Assembly: GCA_965153285.1 (NCBI GenBank)
Contig: OZ229115.1
Direction: 5' to 3' (one strand)
DNA length: 64,000 nt
Source of the DNA: Podarcis tiliguerta
Taxonomy: Eukaryota
Part shown: positions 34,001-49,000 of the stretch, piece by piece
How positions within the stretch are numbered: the stretch's first letter is position 1
Layout of the letters: each line of letters starts with the position of its first letter
Made by a program: the position numbers and the translations under genes
The notes under the pieces: model-generated
Told to the model about the DNA's origin: nothing
The model's input: only the letters and a program-made list of their open reading frames with translations
Database searches by the model: none

Positions 34001-37000
34001 CTATTTAAGACCCCTGGATATTATCAGCCTTGCCATATTTAAGGCCCGGTTGAGTTGCTCCTGTCATTGCTTCTTAGGCTAGGCAGAGAATTTATCCTCT
34101 CCGGATATTCACTTTTATTCTTCTTTATTCACCTTAATACTTCTTTCCTTAGTACTACCCTACACCTAAAAATCTGTGTAACCTTCAGGTGCTTCTAAAA
34201 CATTTGTTCAATATTCATTAGTGGTTCCCCCCTTTTCTACGTTGTTGCTTAGCTCTGGCTATTCTAAGCCATCAACAAATACAGAGAATAGACACATAGT
34301 ACCCAACTGTCTAAAACAATGACTGCATTCTGACATGTTAAGCCATGCTTATCTTAGTAAAGCCATACTGTGCAAGCGGCCCAATCACTCCTGCTTTTCT
34401 CCTCTTTTGGCACAGTAAACAATGATAGCTTAGCTTTATGTGTCAATGCAGGACCATGGTTTGTTGGGCTCTAACAAGCCACAATCAATAAGTCAACAAC
34501 AAACAATGGTTTAAGAGTAGCCAGTGATCGGGGCTTATTATGAAGCAACAGACCATAATTTCATATTTGGATGTAACACCAAGCTATCACCTTCCTAGTT
34601 TGCTTATCAACTCATGCCAGGAGAGGAGCAGAACAGAAGCTTTTGCACAGCAGAACTGGGTTGCATGCACCAGCATGAAGTTTTGCACAGTAGTTATTAA
34701 ATCAAGCTTCTTGACTTACTATTATGTGCAAACACACCAAATTTAACACTTCTGAAGAATAGAAAACTGGAAGAAAGGGGAAAGTTACAAAAACAAACCA
34801 GGCTCAAGCAAACCTGCTAAGGAAGAATAGCAAGAATCCCTTTAACTAAAACTGATAAATCAGTTTTAGGTCTTTGAGCTGGCATGTCTCTTTGAGCTGG
34901 CATGTCTCTGCAAGGCAAATACATCATGCTTTATGATAATGTGTTGTTGCAGTAGTCAATGTGCTCCATCCTAGGCAGCAAGTCTTTGCAAATTTTCAAT
35001 TCCTTTACTAGCATTTCAAAGTTCTAAAGTGAAGACTACTGAGGTAGAAACTAAATCAATCTCACCATTTGTTTTTGATTTGTGTTTACGATGCCCAGAA
35101 TCAGCACCCTGCAGTTGCGTACTCGAATGTGCACAAGGCCGATTTGCTGAATTGTATCTCGTTGCAATGGCAGATCTCGTAGGGGAAAGATCTTGGGGAA
35201 AGTCAACGTTTTCTTCACTCCCTGAATGCTCTGTAAACATTAGGAAGTGTTAACACTTTAAAAATGAATATACCCAAGATTCCATGGTTAAAGAATTAAC
35301 AGTACTATGTTTGCATTGGTTCTACACCTCTAACAAACAAGTAGTTAGTGTAGACAGTGTCCATACTTGTAGGCTCCTCTGCCTACAAGTTTAGACCCCC
35401 ATCCACATTATTTGCCCATCACCAACAACCACTCCAGAATGCTAAGATGCTCTGCCCTCCATTCAGTAGGAGGCAGGCTCTCTTCTTAGAACAGAGGTGG
35501 GAAACCTGTGTTCTCCATATATTGTAGGACTAAATCTCTTCGTAACCAGATTACTGGCTATGCTGGCTGGAGCTAATGGGAGTTGCGAGTCCAACAACAC
35601 TGTCACAGAATACAAGCTTAATCAGAGGCTGGACTGATCTGCCTCGTCCTCTACTAGATGCCATCATCACCTGTCTCTGAAGCAAACAGTGACACTTCTC
35701 TGTTAAAAAGACAATTGCATATATACTTCTTTACATTGATGTCTCCAGTGTAACATTGTCTTAGTAGTGTTTTCTGCTAAGAAAATGACATTGATCAAGA
35801 AAGGAAAGACAATTAAATGAAGTCATATCCCCCATTATTACCTGATTTTGTTTTCTTTTTCTTCTTTTTCTTCTTCTTTGATTTTGATCTTACAATGTCT
35901 CTGGGTTTTTTCTCTTTGTTCTTCTCCTTTTCTTTATTAGCTTAAGAGAATTTAAAAATCTCTATTATTTCTTACAGGATAAAATAGTAAGCTTTTACGC
36001 AGGTATACTCAGTGCTTTTTTTCTAAAAAAAGGTTTAGGGGTGCTCTCATTTTCCTACACATATTGAAATACTGCCCCTCAATGAGGCCAAACTTAGATT
36101 CACAAAATGTTTAGGGGTATGCGAACCCATGCATCCCCCCAGAAAAAAGTACTGGGTGTATTTATGCATGATTAGGGTGTTTCTAGATCAGTAGTCATGT
36201 AAATTTTCATTTTAGTCATCTGTGTGTGTTCCAGTACCAATCTCTACTCATTTGCTATAAATGTGTGTTTCCTCCTCCTCAAATTGCTGGCTCATTATAT
36301 TGTGCCCCTAAAGGTTATACTTAATTTGCACAACTCCATGTTGTAAATTAAGTGATTAATAGAAAAATAACAAGCTGAATTTTAATGATTAAATGTAACT
36401 CAAGTGATTCGGGCTCATAAATGTAACTAGAGTGTTAAAGGCCAATTCAAAATAGTTACGAGAAAGAATACTTTTGGCAAAACACTCACATAAGCAACCA
36501 GATGTCGTCCGTCTTCTATTAGAACATTCCTGACTGGCCTTTTCAGAAGCTACAGAGCCTCTTGTCTGAATGCTTCTTGTTGCTGGACTCTGTTGTGGTT
36601 CTGGTGACTTCTCAATACCATGAAAATACTTCATATGATAATGCAGCAGTTTGGCTTTCCGAAAGGATTTGGAACAATCCAAGAATTTGCATCTAAACTT
36701 GGGTTCATGTTCTATTGCAGCTTTTGAAACAGTAAAAACATCAGCTCTCTTTGAAGCAGTGGTTACTGTAAGAACACAAGATGTAAACTTAAGAAACACA
36801 TGCATTTTAACTGTAACACACTAGCCTTGTGTAGAAATGTAAAGCCTTTTGCACAGTGGGTAATCAGGACTGCACTGCCCAAAGCCCTTCAAACTAACTT
36901 TTAAAGAAGCCTAGCCTGAAAAATATAATTAGTAAAAACTTAACCTGTAACAGATGCCCCTGAAATCTCCTGCAATTCAGGTGTAGAGGAAGGCTCTGCT

Positions 37001-40000
37001 GTATTTTCTTCCTTTAATCTGGTGTCATCTACTGAAATCTGAGGTACTGAAGTCTGAGATACTTCGGAAGATGGAGGCAACTCTTCATTAATCTTTTGGT
37101 CAGACTCAACACATGCTTCTAATGGACCTAAAAGTCAAAAGAGTGGGTAAGTGAAGAATAGAACACACAGATACAAAACACTTAGGTTAACATAAAGTCT
37201 TTAACAGCCAAATCCACATTTTAAGTTAAAACCTTAAGAGAACTCAAGCAAGAAATAAACTAAAATGAGGGCCAACACTACACGTGACATTCAATGCACC
37301 TTTACAACTAATGTGCAGATTTTTAATTTTTTTTTAAGTTCAAGGGGTGGCTTATAATTAAAGACAGGCACTTATAAAATCGGCTTGTTTACCTTCTACA
37401 ACTTCTTTTGGGCTAGATTCTGGCTCTTTTACAGATCCAACTTCATCCAGTAGTGGTGCAATCAAGTCAGTATCTAAAGTTTCATGACTGCTACTGGTAG
37501 AATGTCTTGATCGTCTCTTTATAGAATCCTTTTCATTGTCCAGAGCATTTTTCAACTTTTCTTGAGCTAAAAATAATTTTAAGACCATTTATTTTTAAAC
37601 TCTTAGCAATCAAATTTTAACATAATATTTTATCATAATATTTACATGTTTAATTCAAATCCAACCTATTACACCACCAAAGATATTTCACCAGTTATAT
37701 ACATTCATATACACATAAAATTATACACAATGTGTTGACCTTGTGGCAATTATCATTCATCTTTATGACCACATCCATTCTTCTTCATGTAACACAATTC
37801 CTCTTCCCTTCTGGCTTCCCCAGAAGCATGGATGTAGGTTCTCAACCTCCAAACCTATTGACTAGCAATAGCTTATTATAATAAATGGGCATTTTAAAAA
37901 AAGGTATTATATCCACTGCCAATGGTTAGTGAAAGGCATGTTGTTCTTAGGGTCAAACACAGTCCAGTGAGAAGCAGTCTTTGAATTATTGGATCTTCTT
38001 GATGATGCTAGGGGTTGTTACAGATAAGATAGCTGTGCCAGTGGACACAACAGGGTTTCCACTTTGTTTTCTCCTCTCCTCTCCCTCTTTGCCCCACAAT
38101 CTACTTCAGAGGGTTCCCTAAGCCGTCAGAGCAGAGTTGAGGGGTGGGGGAGAGAGGAAGGGGAAGTCCCATTTGTGTGAGTGGAAGTCTGCTGCACAAT
38201 TGAGAAGACACCATTAGAGATGTCCCATGTAGTATTTTTTAAAAAGAAATTAAACAAATACTCAGGCAAATAGTGAACTACTCTTACTTTATATTTTATC
38301 CGTAAATCTGCAACTTTCCCCCTGACCCCTTTTGTCACTGTCACTAGCTCCTTCTGTTAGTAGGTGTTCCTATCAAGTTTCTACACTATTAATCAATAAA
38401 GATCATTAAAACGAACATGAGGGAAGTGGCCAGTAGCTCTAAGATACATGCAAAACTCAATATAGAAAGGGAAATGCCCAGTCCTATCCCTTGATTATTG
38501 TTAAATTCTTTATTAAAGCATTTATCTCACTGTTCTAGTGTGAATACACACCACTTAGGGCAGGTTATAAGATATAAAATTACGATTTCATAAAAAGAAT
38601 GTAAAACTATTGTAACAGAAAGTGGGTCAGCTGTTTAAAGATTGTAAGATTGTCTGCTGTGTGGAATAAAACTGACTCAATGGACCAAATATGAACATAG
38701 TCTGAATATTAGACTGCAATTCTTGGAGAATCAAATTCACTCACAGAACTTAAAGGCTAGTGCACTAGTCAGCTGAGAATATCCAGTCAGGAGAGCTGAA
38801 TGCTGATGTACAATGATCAGCTTCTCCAGCTGACCCAAGTGCCATAAATCTGACCTTTCATGGCGTCTAAATAGTCATGGCGGTTCTCACAAAAAAATTT
38901 AAGGCTAGTGCTTCAGAATTTTATTTTATATATTTACACACAGTTTTTTGATCTAGCATTTCTAAGGTAGATATCCAATAGATAATACAATTCAATACAA
39001 GATGATGGCGTGACATATAATCAGTTTTGAGAAAATGTGATATTCAAGGCGCCCCCTCAGCTGTGTGTTGCTCTTGACGCCACAGGCCTTAGAGGCCAAT
39101 AGCAAACCCAAGCAAACTGCACCCCTTCGGGAAGATGTAACTGTCACTCAGGAGTGGAACTCTTCCTCATGCAGAGCAGACAGAAGGCTGGCTTCTGGCT
39201 CATAATTTGATGATGGGGCAGCTGAGATACTGGGGGGGAGCATGATATTAAAAGCCTCTCACCAGCTCTCTGGTGTCCCTGATGTTGCTGTGTTAGAGGT
39301 CTGCCCTCAAGTATTAATCCTGACCTGTGGCATTTCCATAAGCTGTATGCTACTGAAACAAAAGAGTTTCAGGGCCTGAAATGCATGCCCAAACACTGGG
39401 AGAGGAAAAACAAACACAACAAAAATGTTAAAGATGACACAATGCCTATCATGCCAAATTATGCAGGAAACATGAGACTGAACCTCATCAAAACAGGTAC
39501 ATCTCAAGTGTTCTCTGGATTTTTGTTTTTTAAAAACTTATGTTTACTTTCTAAACTATTATTTATATAAACGGATGAAATGTATGCAAAAAAGCTAAAG
39601 TTACTCAAGCTAAGCATCCTCATACAATTCAGTTATTACAAAAAATCAGAAAATGAGTCAAAATAAGGTCCAAGTATTCAGATAACCATGTACTTAAAAA
39701 GATCAGAGCATGTTAAAAAACAAACGAAGATTTGCAATGTAAGGTTAAGCATTTTTGAGAGACCAGCAGAGCATAAAAATAGTCCCATCTCTGCTTATTT
39801 AGCCATTACACACATCCCTCTATTTTATATCTCGCCTTGGTTCATTCGTGAGCAAAGAGAACTGCAAGGAAAAGCAATGACTGTATAGTTTTTGCATTTG
39901 TAAAGTGTTTTGAAAAGGGATTAGCAGGACCGAAATCAGCTGATTTTCAGGGTTGCCACGTTCCATATAAAGCGTTATTTTTCAGAATCTCTTGAAAGGG

Positions 40001-43000
40001 GCTCTGCAGGTTCGTGGGGGGAAAGTGACCCAAAATCATTGTGATAGCTGGTGGGTCAAACTTGACCCATGAGGGATGGCCAAGATAACAATGTGGGCCA
40101 TTGGCCAGATCCTGTTCCCCTTGTTCTAGGGAACTGACACAGAAAAGGCATTACTTCGGCTTTCGTGGCAAGAGAGGATAGATTTGCACATCTGAAGTAT
40201 TTTTGTCCTTTCGTTCCCCAATAAAACCAGAAAAGGACTCTACCACTGTTAGTAGAAATACATGAAAAAGCCTCCATGTGCCTAAATTCAAAATGTAATG
40301 GGAGATAGTCAACTAAGCTTTACTTAAGAGTGGACCCACTGAAATTAGTGAACATGGCTAAGTTAGGTCCATTTATTTCAGTGTGTCTATTCTGGGTAAA
40401 ACTTAGCAGAATGCCACCCAGTTTTGCTAAAATTTGCACGCTCTTCCTCTTTAAGAATATTTACTATTCCAGTTGGGGAAAAAAGCAAAAAAAGCTTATT
40501 TAAGTAAATGAATAAAATACTCACACATGTTCTTCTGGAGTCGGGGACGTTTTGAAGGGATCTCTCCTCCTTTAGGTATTTTCCGCCTTCTCAGTTCTAA
40601 AGTTATTGGCTGCAATGTTTGAGAGCCTTGCTCTAAATATGTAAATAGAGCAAAGAAAAGGTTTCTAAACATACCAAGAGAAGAGGTAACCAGATTTTTT
40701 CTTTCTTTTTTAAAGAGAAATGACATTTTTCTACTGTTTTATAAAACTTTTATGGAGCTTAGGATTTGAATTCTCTAGTTTCATCTTCCTTTTTTTTTGG
40801 GGGGGGGGAGTATTCTATAACATGTAGTGGTACCAACTGAGATAATAGCCATATATCATTAACATCACAAGTTCCTTAGGAACTGGATAACAGATTTTGC
40901 ACCCTAATCACTGTTTTAACTCTTGGCTTTACAAAACTTACACTAATTTGTGTGTGTTGATGGTCAGTTCAAATTAAAGTAGCAAAATAACTAGTTAAAT
41001 CTGTTGTATCACCTAAATTGGGATATCTACCCAAGGAGAAGGAAGAGATGGGGGATCTTGTGACCCTCCAGATAATGCTGAACTACAGCTCCTGTCACCC
41101 CTGGCAACTGGCCATGCTTGTGCGCTGCTGAGAATTGACGTTCAACATCTGGAGGGCCACAGATTCTCCACCCATCGTATATGAATGAGACACAGCCTTG
41201 ACTGTTACCACTGACCTGCAGGAGGCACCACAGGTGGTCGACCACGTCGTCTTTTAGTTTCTTTGAGGTTTTCTGGTGGGCTATTCACATTATCATTTTC
41301 AGGTTTCTTTTCAATCTGGGTGTCTATTGAGAATTCTCTGTCATTTTCAGATATGTTCTCTTTGTCTTCTTTGCCATCCTTTGGAAGAGCCTTTTCAGAC
41401 ACCTTGCTCTTTTCTGAAGGAACTATTAGTTTCCCTTCTTTATCAGGTTTAGACCTTCGTTCAGTCTTTAACGTCTTTTCATCCTTGTCTTTCTTACTAT
41501 TCTCAGTTGCTTTCCTCGGTTCTTTAAACTTTTCCCATCTTTCAGGAGATGAAGGGATTTCATTACCTCTCTCCTTGGGTCTTGAATTACTCACAATAGA
41601 CTAAAAGCAAGTTTAAAAATTGTGATTGCTTTCCATTGCAAATTAAACTTACTTACAGAACTGGGAAGGGGGAGGCACTGAAATAAGCCAATTAATAAGA
41701 CACACAATATAGTTAAAAGAATCCTGTGACTGTACAGCTTTAATACTATTGTCTGGTTCCTTTTTCCTAATATGATTGCATGCACATATAAAAAAAGTTA
41801 AAAGCTATATAGCAGTACATAAGGAAACAAGTACCATATGTGCTCATGGGAGATTACATGGCGGACAACTGGTTAGAGTGTCTGGAATTTCTACATTTAT
41901 TAAGATTTATAATCTGTGTTTTAATCAAATTAGCAGGGTGGCATACAATTAAATTTTAACACACAATAAAACAAATACATTAAAATAAACTTAGATTTAT
42001 AAAAGCAGAAATAAGTAATACATAAGGCAGAATAAAGCCAATAATCAAAAGATTAAAAGCTTGGGAAAATGAAATAGTCTTTGCCTCATGCTGAAAAGAT
42101 ACCCAAGTAGGTACCAGTTGAGACCTCGTTGCAGAGTGTGTTCTAAAATGTCAGAGGAGAACTGAAAATGTCCTTTGCCTGGTAAACATACACCAGATCT
42201 TGGTTCAGAATGGAAACCCAGAGAAGGACCTCCAGCAAAGATTATTATGATTTATTATGTTTACTTGTCACTTGCCACACAAAAAAATACTCTCAAAGCA
42301 ACTTACCGTTTTTACCCACCCACCCACCCCAGCTGGCTCTGTGAGGGTTGGGAAGACCCCTGGAACACTGCATGGAAGGAGGAGAGGGCAGATCACTCCT
42401 TCAGGCAAGGAGATCCACTTAGTGAGTGATCTACTTAGTGCTATGTTGATATGTAAGGCATGCCCACAAACAAGACCTAAGTATAACAGCATTCACCTCA
42501 TTTGTGGATTTCCAGCAACTGGTATTCAGAAGAATATTGCCTCCAACAGTAGATATAGAACATATGACTCACAGCCACTGTTAGCCTCCATTAATTTGTC
42601 TAGTCCTCTCACAATAACTGCCTCGTTCCCTTACAAGGACATTGTATCAGGGGGGAAATATGGCAGTTCTCATAGGTCATGAAGGCAGTCACCTTTTTAT
42701 CCTTACAATTCCCCAGGCAGGAACCGCATGTCTTAAGATACAGTTGCTTCCTGGGAACATTTAAAAAGACTATGCGGAAGGACACTGTAGGGAAAAGCTG
42801 CCCTTGGACAATCTTGTAAATACAGTGCAAACATATCCACAGATTCATGAAACAATCATGCAGTTTAATCTGAGATCCATGTTCTGATCTGTGCATGGGT
42901 CCTCAGTGGGCAAAATGTGTAGATTTTATCCAAGATGTTGTGTGAACCAGAATCCACTTCATCCCTACATCTTAGACTGTATGTCCTCTAATAAAACACC

Positions 43001-46000
43001 TGAACTAACAACCCTGTAATTTATGTTCTGCCCCCAAATCAGTTTAACCAAATCAAAATATAAAAGTAAGTTTCATACCTGATCTTTGGAAAAAGCTTTG
43101 ACGTGTATATTCTTGACTGTCTGAATTACACCATCATAAAATTTTACAGTGTAAGTACCTGAAATTTAAAAGAAACCCCACTTATAAACTGAAGCAGCAA
43201 CTCTACAGTGTGCTAATTACTCAAAGCATAAAGACAAAAGTGATTCACACGTAAGAGTAGTTTTCCCCAACCTGGTGTCCTTCAGATGTTTTGAATTACA
43301 ACTCAACCAACCTCAGACATCATGGGCAATAGGCAAGAATGGGGTAAAAGCAATCGTCAGAAGTTCCAGATCACAAGTTTCCATCACTGTGAAAAACTGC
43401 AATAAATTCTATTTTTATCAAGGAAAATGTTGAGATTTAAAATCTGCTTAATAGCTTTTATTTCCATCAAGTGGAAATAAATACGAAAAGCTATTGCATT
43501 GCAGTGAAACTTAGCGTTTTCTATAAACAGAAAGGCTCCTTCATTTTATGGACACCTTTGATGCAGTGGTGAGATCTTGTTGGTAAAAGGTAGGGGCAAT
43601 TTTAACCAAAAACCTCTTTTTATTGAGAGTTCACCAAATCTCCAGAGCAGGTTTTGAGAGCATAAGGAGCTGCAGGGGGGAATCTGAGAAGTTGCCTCGA
43701 CACCCTTCTTCCACCAGAAGAAATGTCTGGATCCAAGCAATGGAACTTACACATGCCCATACTGCTAGAAATTGTCTCACATTACTTTTTCACTCTCACA
43801 TAATTAGTGTTCATACCAATTCAAATATTCATAACATTCATAAGCAGTGGTCATAAAAATTGGGAATAGCATGGAACATATACAGCAGCTACTCATTTTC
43901 AAGACGACTTCTGAAAGCAGTCATAAAGGATGTTTCTCTACAGTGTACTCTGAAATTAACAATTATGCCTTACCATCCTTGTTAACAGAAGTAACTTTGG
44001 CTGGATAAAAACGACAATCAGACCAGCAAGCCAACACTTGATCATTTATATGAAATCCCTAAAAAATGGAAACATAGAAACCAGTGTTCAGGATACACTG
44101 CTGCATCATAGCAATAATAAAATAATCTATGCAGTAAACAAAACATTCCTGCAGCAGATTTTCCTACCAATTATTTTACAAATGATTTTAATAATTGTAC
44201 TCAGCCTATGGGGCACAATAGCTTTGATATTCTAAACATATTGTCAAGGCAGGGTGATCATCATAAGCAGCAAGATTATTGAATACTTGGATTCAGAAGA
44301 GTGTGTTATTTGTATAAAAAATGGAAAATTGCCGTGAAAAACGACAATAATAAGGAAAAAATCCTATACCCACATACCTGGGAGTAAACTTCACTGAACT
44401 CAAAGTGAATTACTTCTGAGTAAACAACAGAGTAGAACCTCTGCAGGCCTAATTAAAGCCAACAGGCCACTTTGGCTAAACCACACCCACATGCCAATCA
44501 CCTACATCATACACAATGCCATATATGGGAAGGTAAAAAGGTGACCAGACAGGGCCAAAGGGGTCTTCTGAAATGTTGCCAATCACCTGATTGGCAGGAG
44601 TTCAAAGGTGCTTTGAAGCATGGCTTATCAGCTGATTGTTGGAACTCCAAGTGGTTCATCTCCTGATGTTACTGCGGCATCCACCTATCAAATTGGACCC
44701 CACGGAGTTGGGGTAAGAAGGATCTGGCCCACCAGACTGCACTGTAAAGCAAACTTCACAGCAGGTGTGGGGAACTAATCAGGCAAATGGGCTGCATCTC
44801 TAACTCCTTTATCCCCTGTGGGTCAACCGTAACAGGTGGGTGGGACAGTAGAGAAGATATGTCCATTTGCACATGCGAATAGATTTCAAAAGGGATCACA
44901 ACAAGAAGCTTCTGAGATGCACTCTGAAAGTTCTCAGTGGAGGTCTCACTGTTGAGGTGACACCTGAAAGCCCTGCTTACAAACAAACAGGCAATGACTT
45001 ATACCTACTTATACCCACAGGCTTTTCTGCCCCACACCTGATGTCACATTTGAAGTCAGGTGTGGGCGCGGTTTGGAGGGGACGAAGCCTTGAGGGCTAC
45101 ATTGGCATCTGTGTTGGGCCCAAATAGGTCCATGGACTGCCCACCCATGCCTTACAGTGACAAACAACATGTTTATAAACAGCAATGTTGCCCAAGGTTA
45201 CCATATTTCATTTATCATTTTTTCTATCCCACCCCAGCTAAGAAGAAATAGTATGCAAGTTTTTTTTTATTATACCAATAATATTTATAAAAAACAATTA
45301 AATCTGCATTCACAAGTTTGTAAAGAATTGGGTTGACGTCAAGCTTTAACTTAGGTTGCTTTTACTTACAGAAGATCCTTCGTCATCATGTAATCCTTCT
45401 TTTCTTAACTGTATTTTTTCTAAAGGACGCAAATAGGGACTGTCCCAACAAAACCATTCATCATAGCGGTGATTCCAGCGTTTGAAATGGATTAGCACTT
45501 TTCCTTCCTCATAATCAATTTCTTCAATGTGAGCTGGATACCTATGCAAAGAAAGTTAATTTAAAATATTCTTGCCAAAAAAGTTGAAATAATTATCTTG
45601 AAAAAGGAGTAACTATACTACAAAGCCACACATTTTGGTAAATGTATGAATATGATATACAAATAGCTTCAATTTCACCTTTTTGTGATCAATTTAATCT
45701 TGCTGGTTTTTTATTATTAAGCGAAACTACTTTCTTTTTCTAGGAAATATGACAAACACCTGAAATCAACATTAACAAAGAGCCGACAGTTTATGTGTTT
45801 ATGGTTGTGTCTTGTGAATTCTTAAGTCATGGTTTCCATCCATGCTTTTGCTGTGCAGACCTTGCACTTTTCGCCATAACTAATGTTCTAGCCAAACAAC
45901 CTTGCTGGTGCTATCAGCAGTATATGATAGAAAGTTAAAAATCTTATGCCATCGGAGAACAACAAAAAGACCCCTAGGAATAGCTGCTTGGTATCCTCAG

Positions 46001-49000
46001 GAGGATGACAATAGGCAATGCTAATTTGTCAGCACCACGACCTGACACTGCTGTTATCGGTGGCTGACATCAAATTGTTCCCAAGTGCTGGCAGACAGAC
46101 TGCATACCCACCAAATCTGCCTTGGCAAGTTACAGGACCTTGTGGAAATATGGGGAGGGGGCTGAAGGAGGAAGAAGAAGAATGGGAAATCTACTTTTGT
46201 AATGTTTGATGTCACTCAGTAGTGTTAAGAATTAGTCTATTTTAAAAATTAAACACAGATCCATACAAGATGTACATCCCTACAATAGCTTAATCTACAC
46301 TTTTGTTAAGGGTAACTTCAAAAGTAACAAACAACAGCTTATCCCATATGACAAAGTAACCGGGGAATTTTCAATTGTGCAATAATCATGTGGGTACAGA
46401 AGCTGAGAAGGACTCCTCAGACCTATATGCTTGTTCCTAGAGAATAATCAGTTCCTCCTGATTGATCCTCAACCATTATGGAGCAAGATGCTTTTTAGCA
46501 AATCATATTAATCAATCCATCTTCAAGCAGAGAACATTTTCATCATCTCCTACTGATATCAGATGAGATGAGCAAAACCACCTTAATCAGTCTCTGACTT
46601 TTGTCTTCTGGGTTTCTGGGGGTTTTCCGGTTGTTATTCTGCCTCTCACAGCTACAATAAACCTACCATTAAAATTATGGACTGGTCTTTTCTTTGTCAG
46701 AGGGTAACCAAGCAAATTTTGCAGGGGATCAAATACTTTTTCCCTTCATTGTATCTTTACTTTGATATACTGGCAGATTAGTTTCCTCTCAGAATTAGGA
46801 ATTGAAAAAACAAGTTCTGAACATTACAAATCCTTGACTACACATCAATATCAGATACAGCAGCTTTCTCCAACCTGGTGTCCTCCAAATGCTTTGGATA
46901 ACTGTTAACAATCTCAGCCAACCTGACCAATGGTTGGAGATGATGGAAGTTGTACACCAACAATATCTGGTAGGCATCAGCTTGGGGCAACATACTACCA
47001 GAGCATAGCCAAAAAACAAAACAAAACCCTATTCATCAATGGTTAGCAATCCTATGGGCATTTATGGCATTTCTTATCCTTCTACCACTCCTTGCTCACT
47101 GTTAATTACCTGTCTTTGAAGTGCTATCTTAGGAGGCTCTCTAAACTGGACCCAATAGCAAGAATACCCTTACAACCATAGAATTCTATACAATATCACA
47201 TCGGCTATAACCACTAATCATTTTCAACTTCTTAAGGACTACAGTTCTTGTATACTTAAATATAGTAATTTAAAACTAATTCTAATAATACAACTTCTCA
47301 TCTAACACTTCTGAACTAATTTTGTTTCATGCTCCAAACGTGTATTTTGCTATAGTAATACCTACATTCTTGTTCAAAAGGCTATAGGCTACATTAGACT
47401 CAAATGTCTAACACCAGGAATAATCAACATGACACGCCCCAATTGTCATTGGACTACAATTCCCATGAGCCCTAGTCAATCAGCACTTATGGAAGTTGGG
47501 AGTCCAACAGAAATTGAGGACACTACATTGGTAATTGGGGGGGGACAGACACCAGTGCAGAATGATACACACAGGTCCCACTTTCCCAAGAAATCGTTCT
47601 TTAGTCAAGTGTTTACTAAGTTTACAATTCTCAGAAAAGTTAATGTTGTTCTTTTCAAACCTAGAATCATAGTTTAGCATATAAACTCAAGTTCAATAAA
47701 GGGCAGACCAGGTTGCTTTATAACTTGACAACTGCAACCCACCTTCTGCCTCCAATTATCATGAAGTCTAATACAATTCTTGCTGTGTTGCTACTGCATC
47801 AAGAAAGCTTAGCTCCTGAAAACAACTAGGGTTATGTCAAATATACTGATTATACACCCCCCCATTTATACTTGCAAGGAGAATGACATAACACCAGCAT
47901 CTGCCTAACAAGCTACAATTTTCTCTCGTAACTCAGTATTGCTGTTTTTTACTTGCACATTATGTGCAATGAAGTGTTTATTCAAAAGGTTTCTGTTTAT
48001 AAGGCCTACTGTCAAGGAAACTATAATTAACTAGCTGTTCAGTATTATGTTTCCAGTTGTTCAGATATTTTAAATAACAAATGAAAAGGTAAGCAGCACA
48101 TAGGCAGCAAGAACAGATAAAATCAAAACACACTTTCATACATTCATATAGACAGAAAAAGCTTATCTAAAAGTAGGTTTGTATGGTTATGCAACAGTGA
48201 CCCACTAGCTTATACAGGAGACTCATATGCACATCAGAGCTCCCTAATGTATTAGGAGCCATTGGTCTGAGCAGATTATTTTATTATTTACAGCTAGTAT
48301 AGAATTCAATGGCCAGGTTGCTTGGGGCAAGAGACTCTAGGCTGTTAACACTAATCCTGGCCAAACTGCACTAGCTACCAATTAGATTCCAGGTCCAATT
48401 CAAATGCTGGTTTTGACCTATAAAGCTTTATGCAGCTAAGGACCTCAATGCATCAAGGACAACCTCTCCTCATATGAACCAACCTCGACCCTGCAACCAT
48501 CATCTGAAGCCCTTCTTTTTCTGTGCCCCTCCTCAGGAGGTGACTCCTTGTGTTTAGAATGCCCTCCTTGGGGGTGGCTCACCTGGCATCATCATTGTAT
48601 AGATGCAGACACCAAATAAAAATATTTCTTTTTCACCAGGGCTTTGGCTCTTAATTATCTGTGGTCCCCTTTAGTAGATGGGGAATTTTTAATCCTGCCT
48701 TTAAAAAGAGGATTGTTTTTCTTGGTTTTTCTTTTATGCCTGGTTTAATGTATGTGTTTGTTTGTTTATACAATGTAAGTCACTTTTTGGTCCCTGGCTA
48801 AAAAAAGTGACCAATAAATTTAACAAACAAATTTAAGACATTTGTATACCACTTAATTATTCAAATTTCTAAGTGGTGTACATTATCTTCAGTGACCAAA
48901 CTGAAGAAATGGAAATATTATCAAGCGACACTAGTTCATTCATTGAAACATTTCAAAAATAAACTCAATTTTTTTTATAAACTTCCAATGCTACCAACCC

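Noticed and set aside
46447-46547. Sense-strand C/D-box pair (ATGATGA...CTGA on -) in a PHF20 intron
   Set aside because: No convincing terminal stem or recognisable rRNA/snRNA guide. A snoscan or Infernal search would be needed to revive it.
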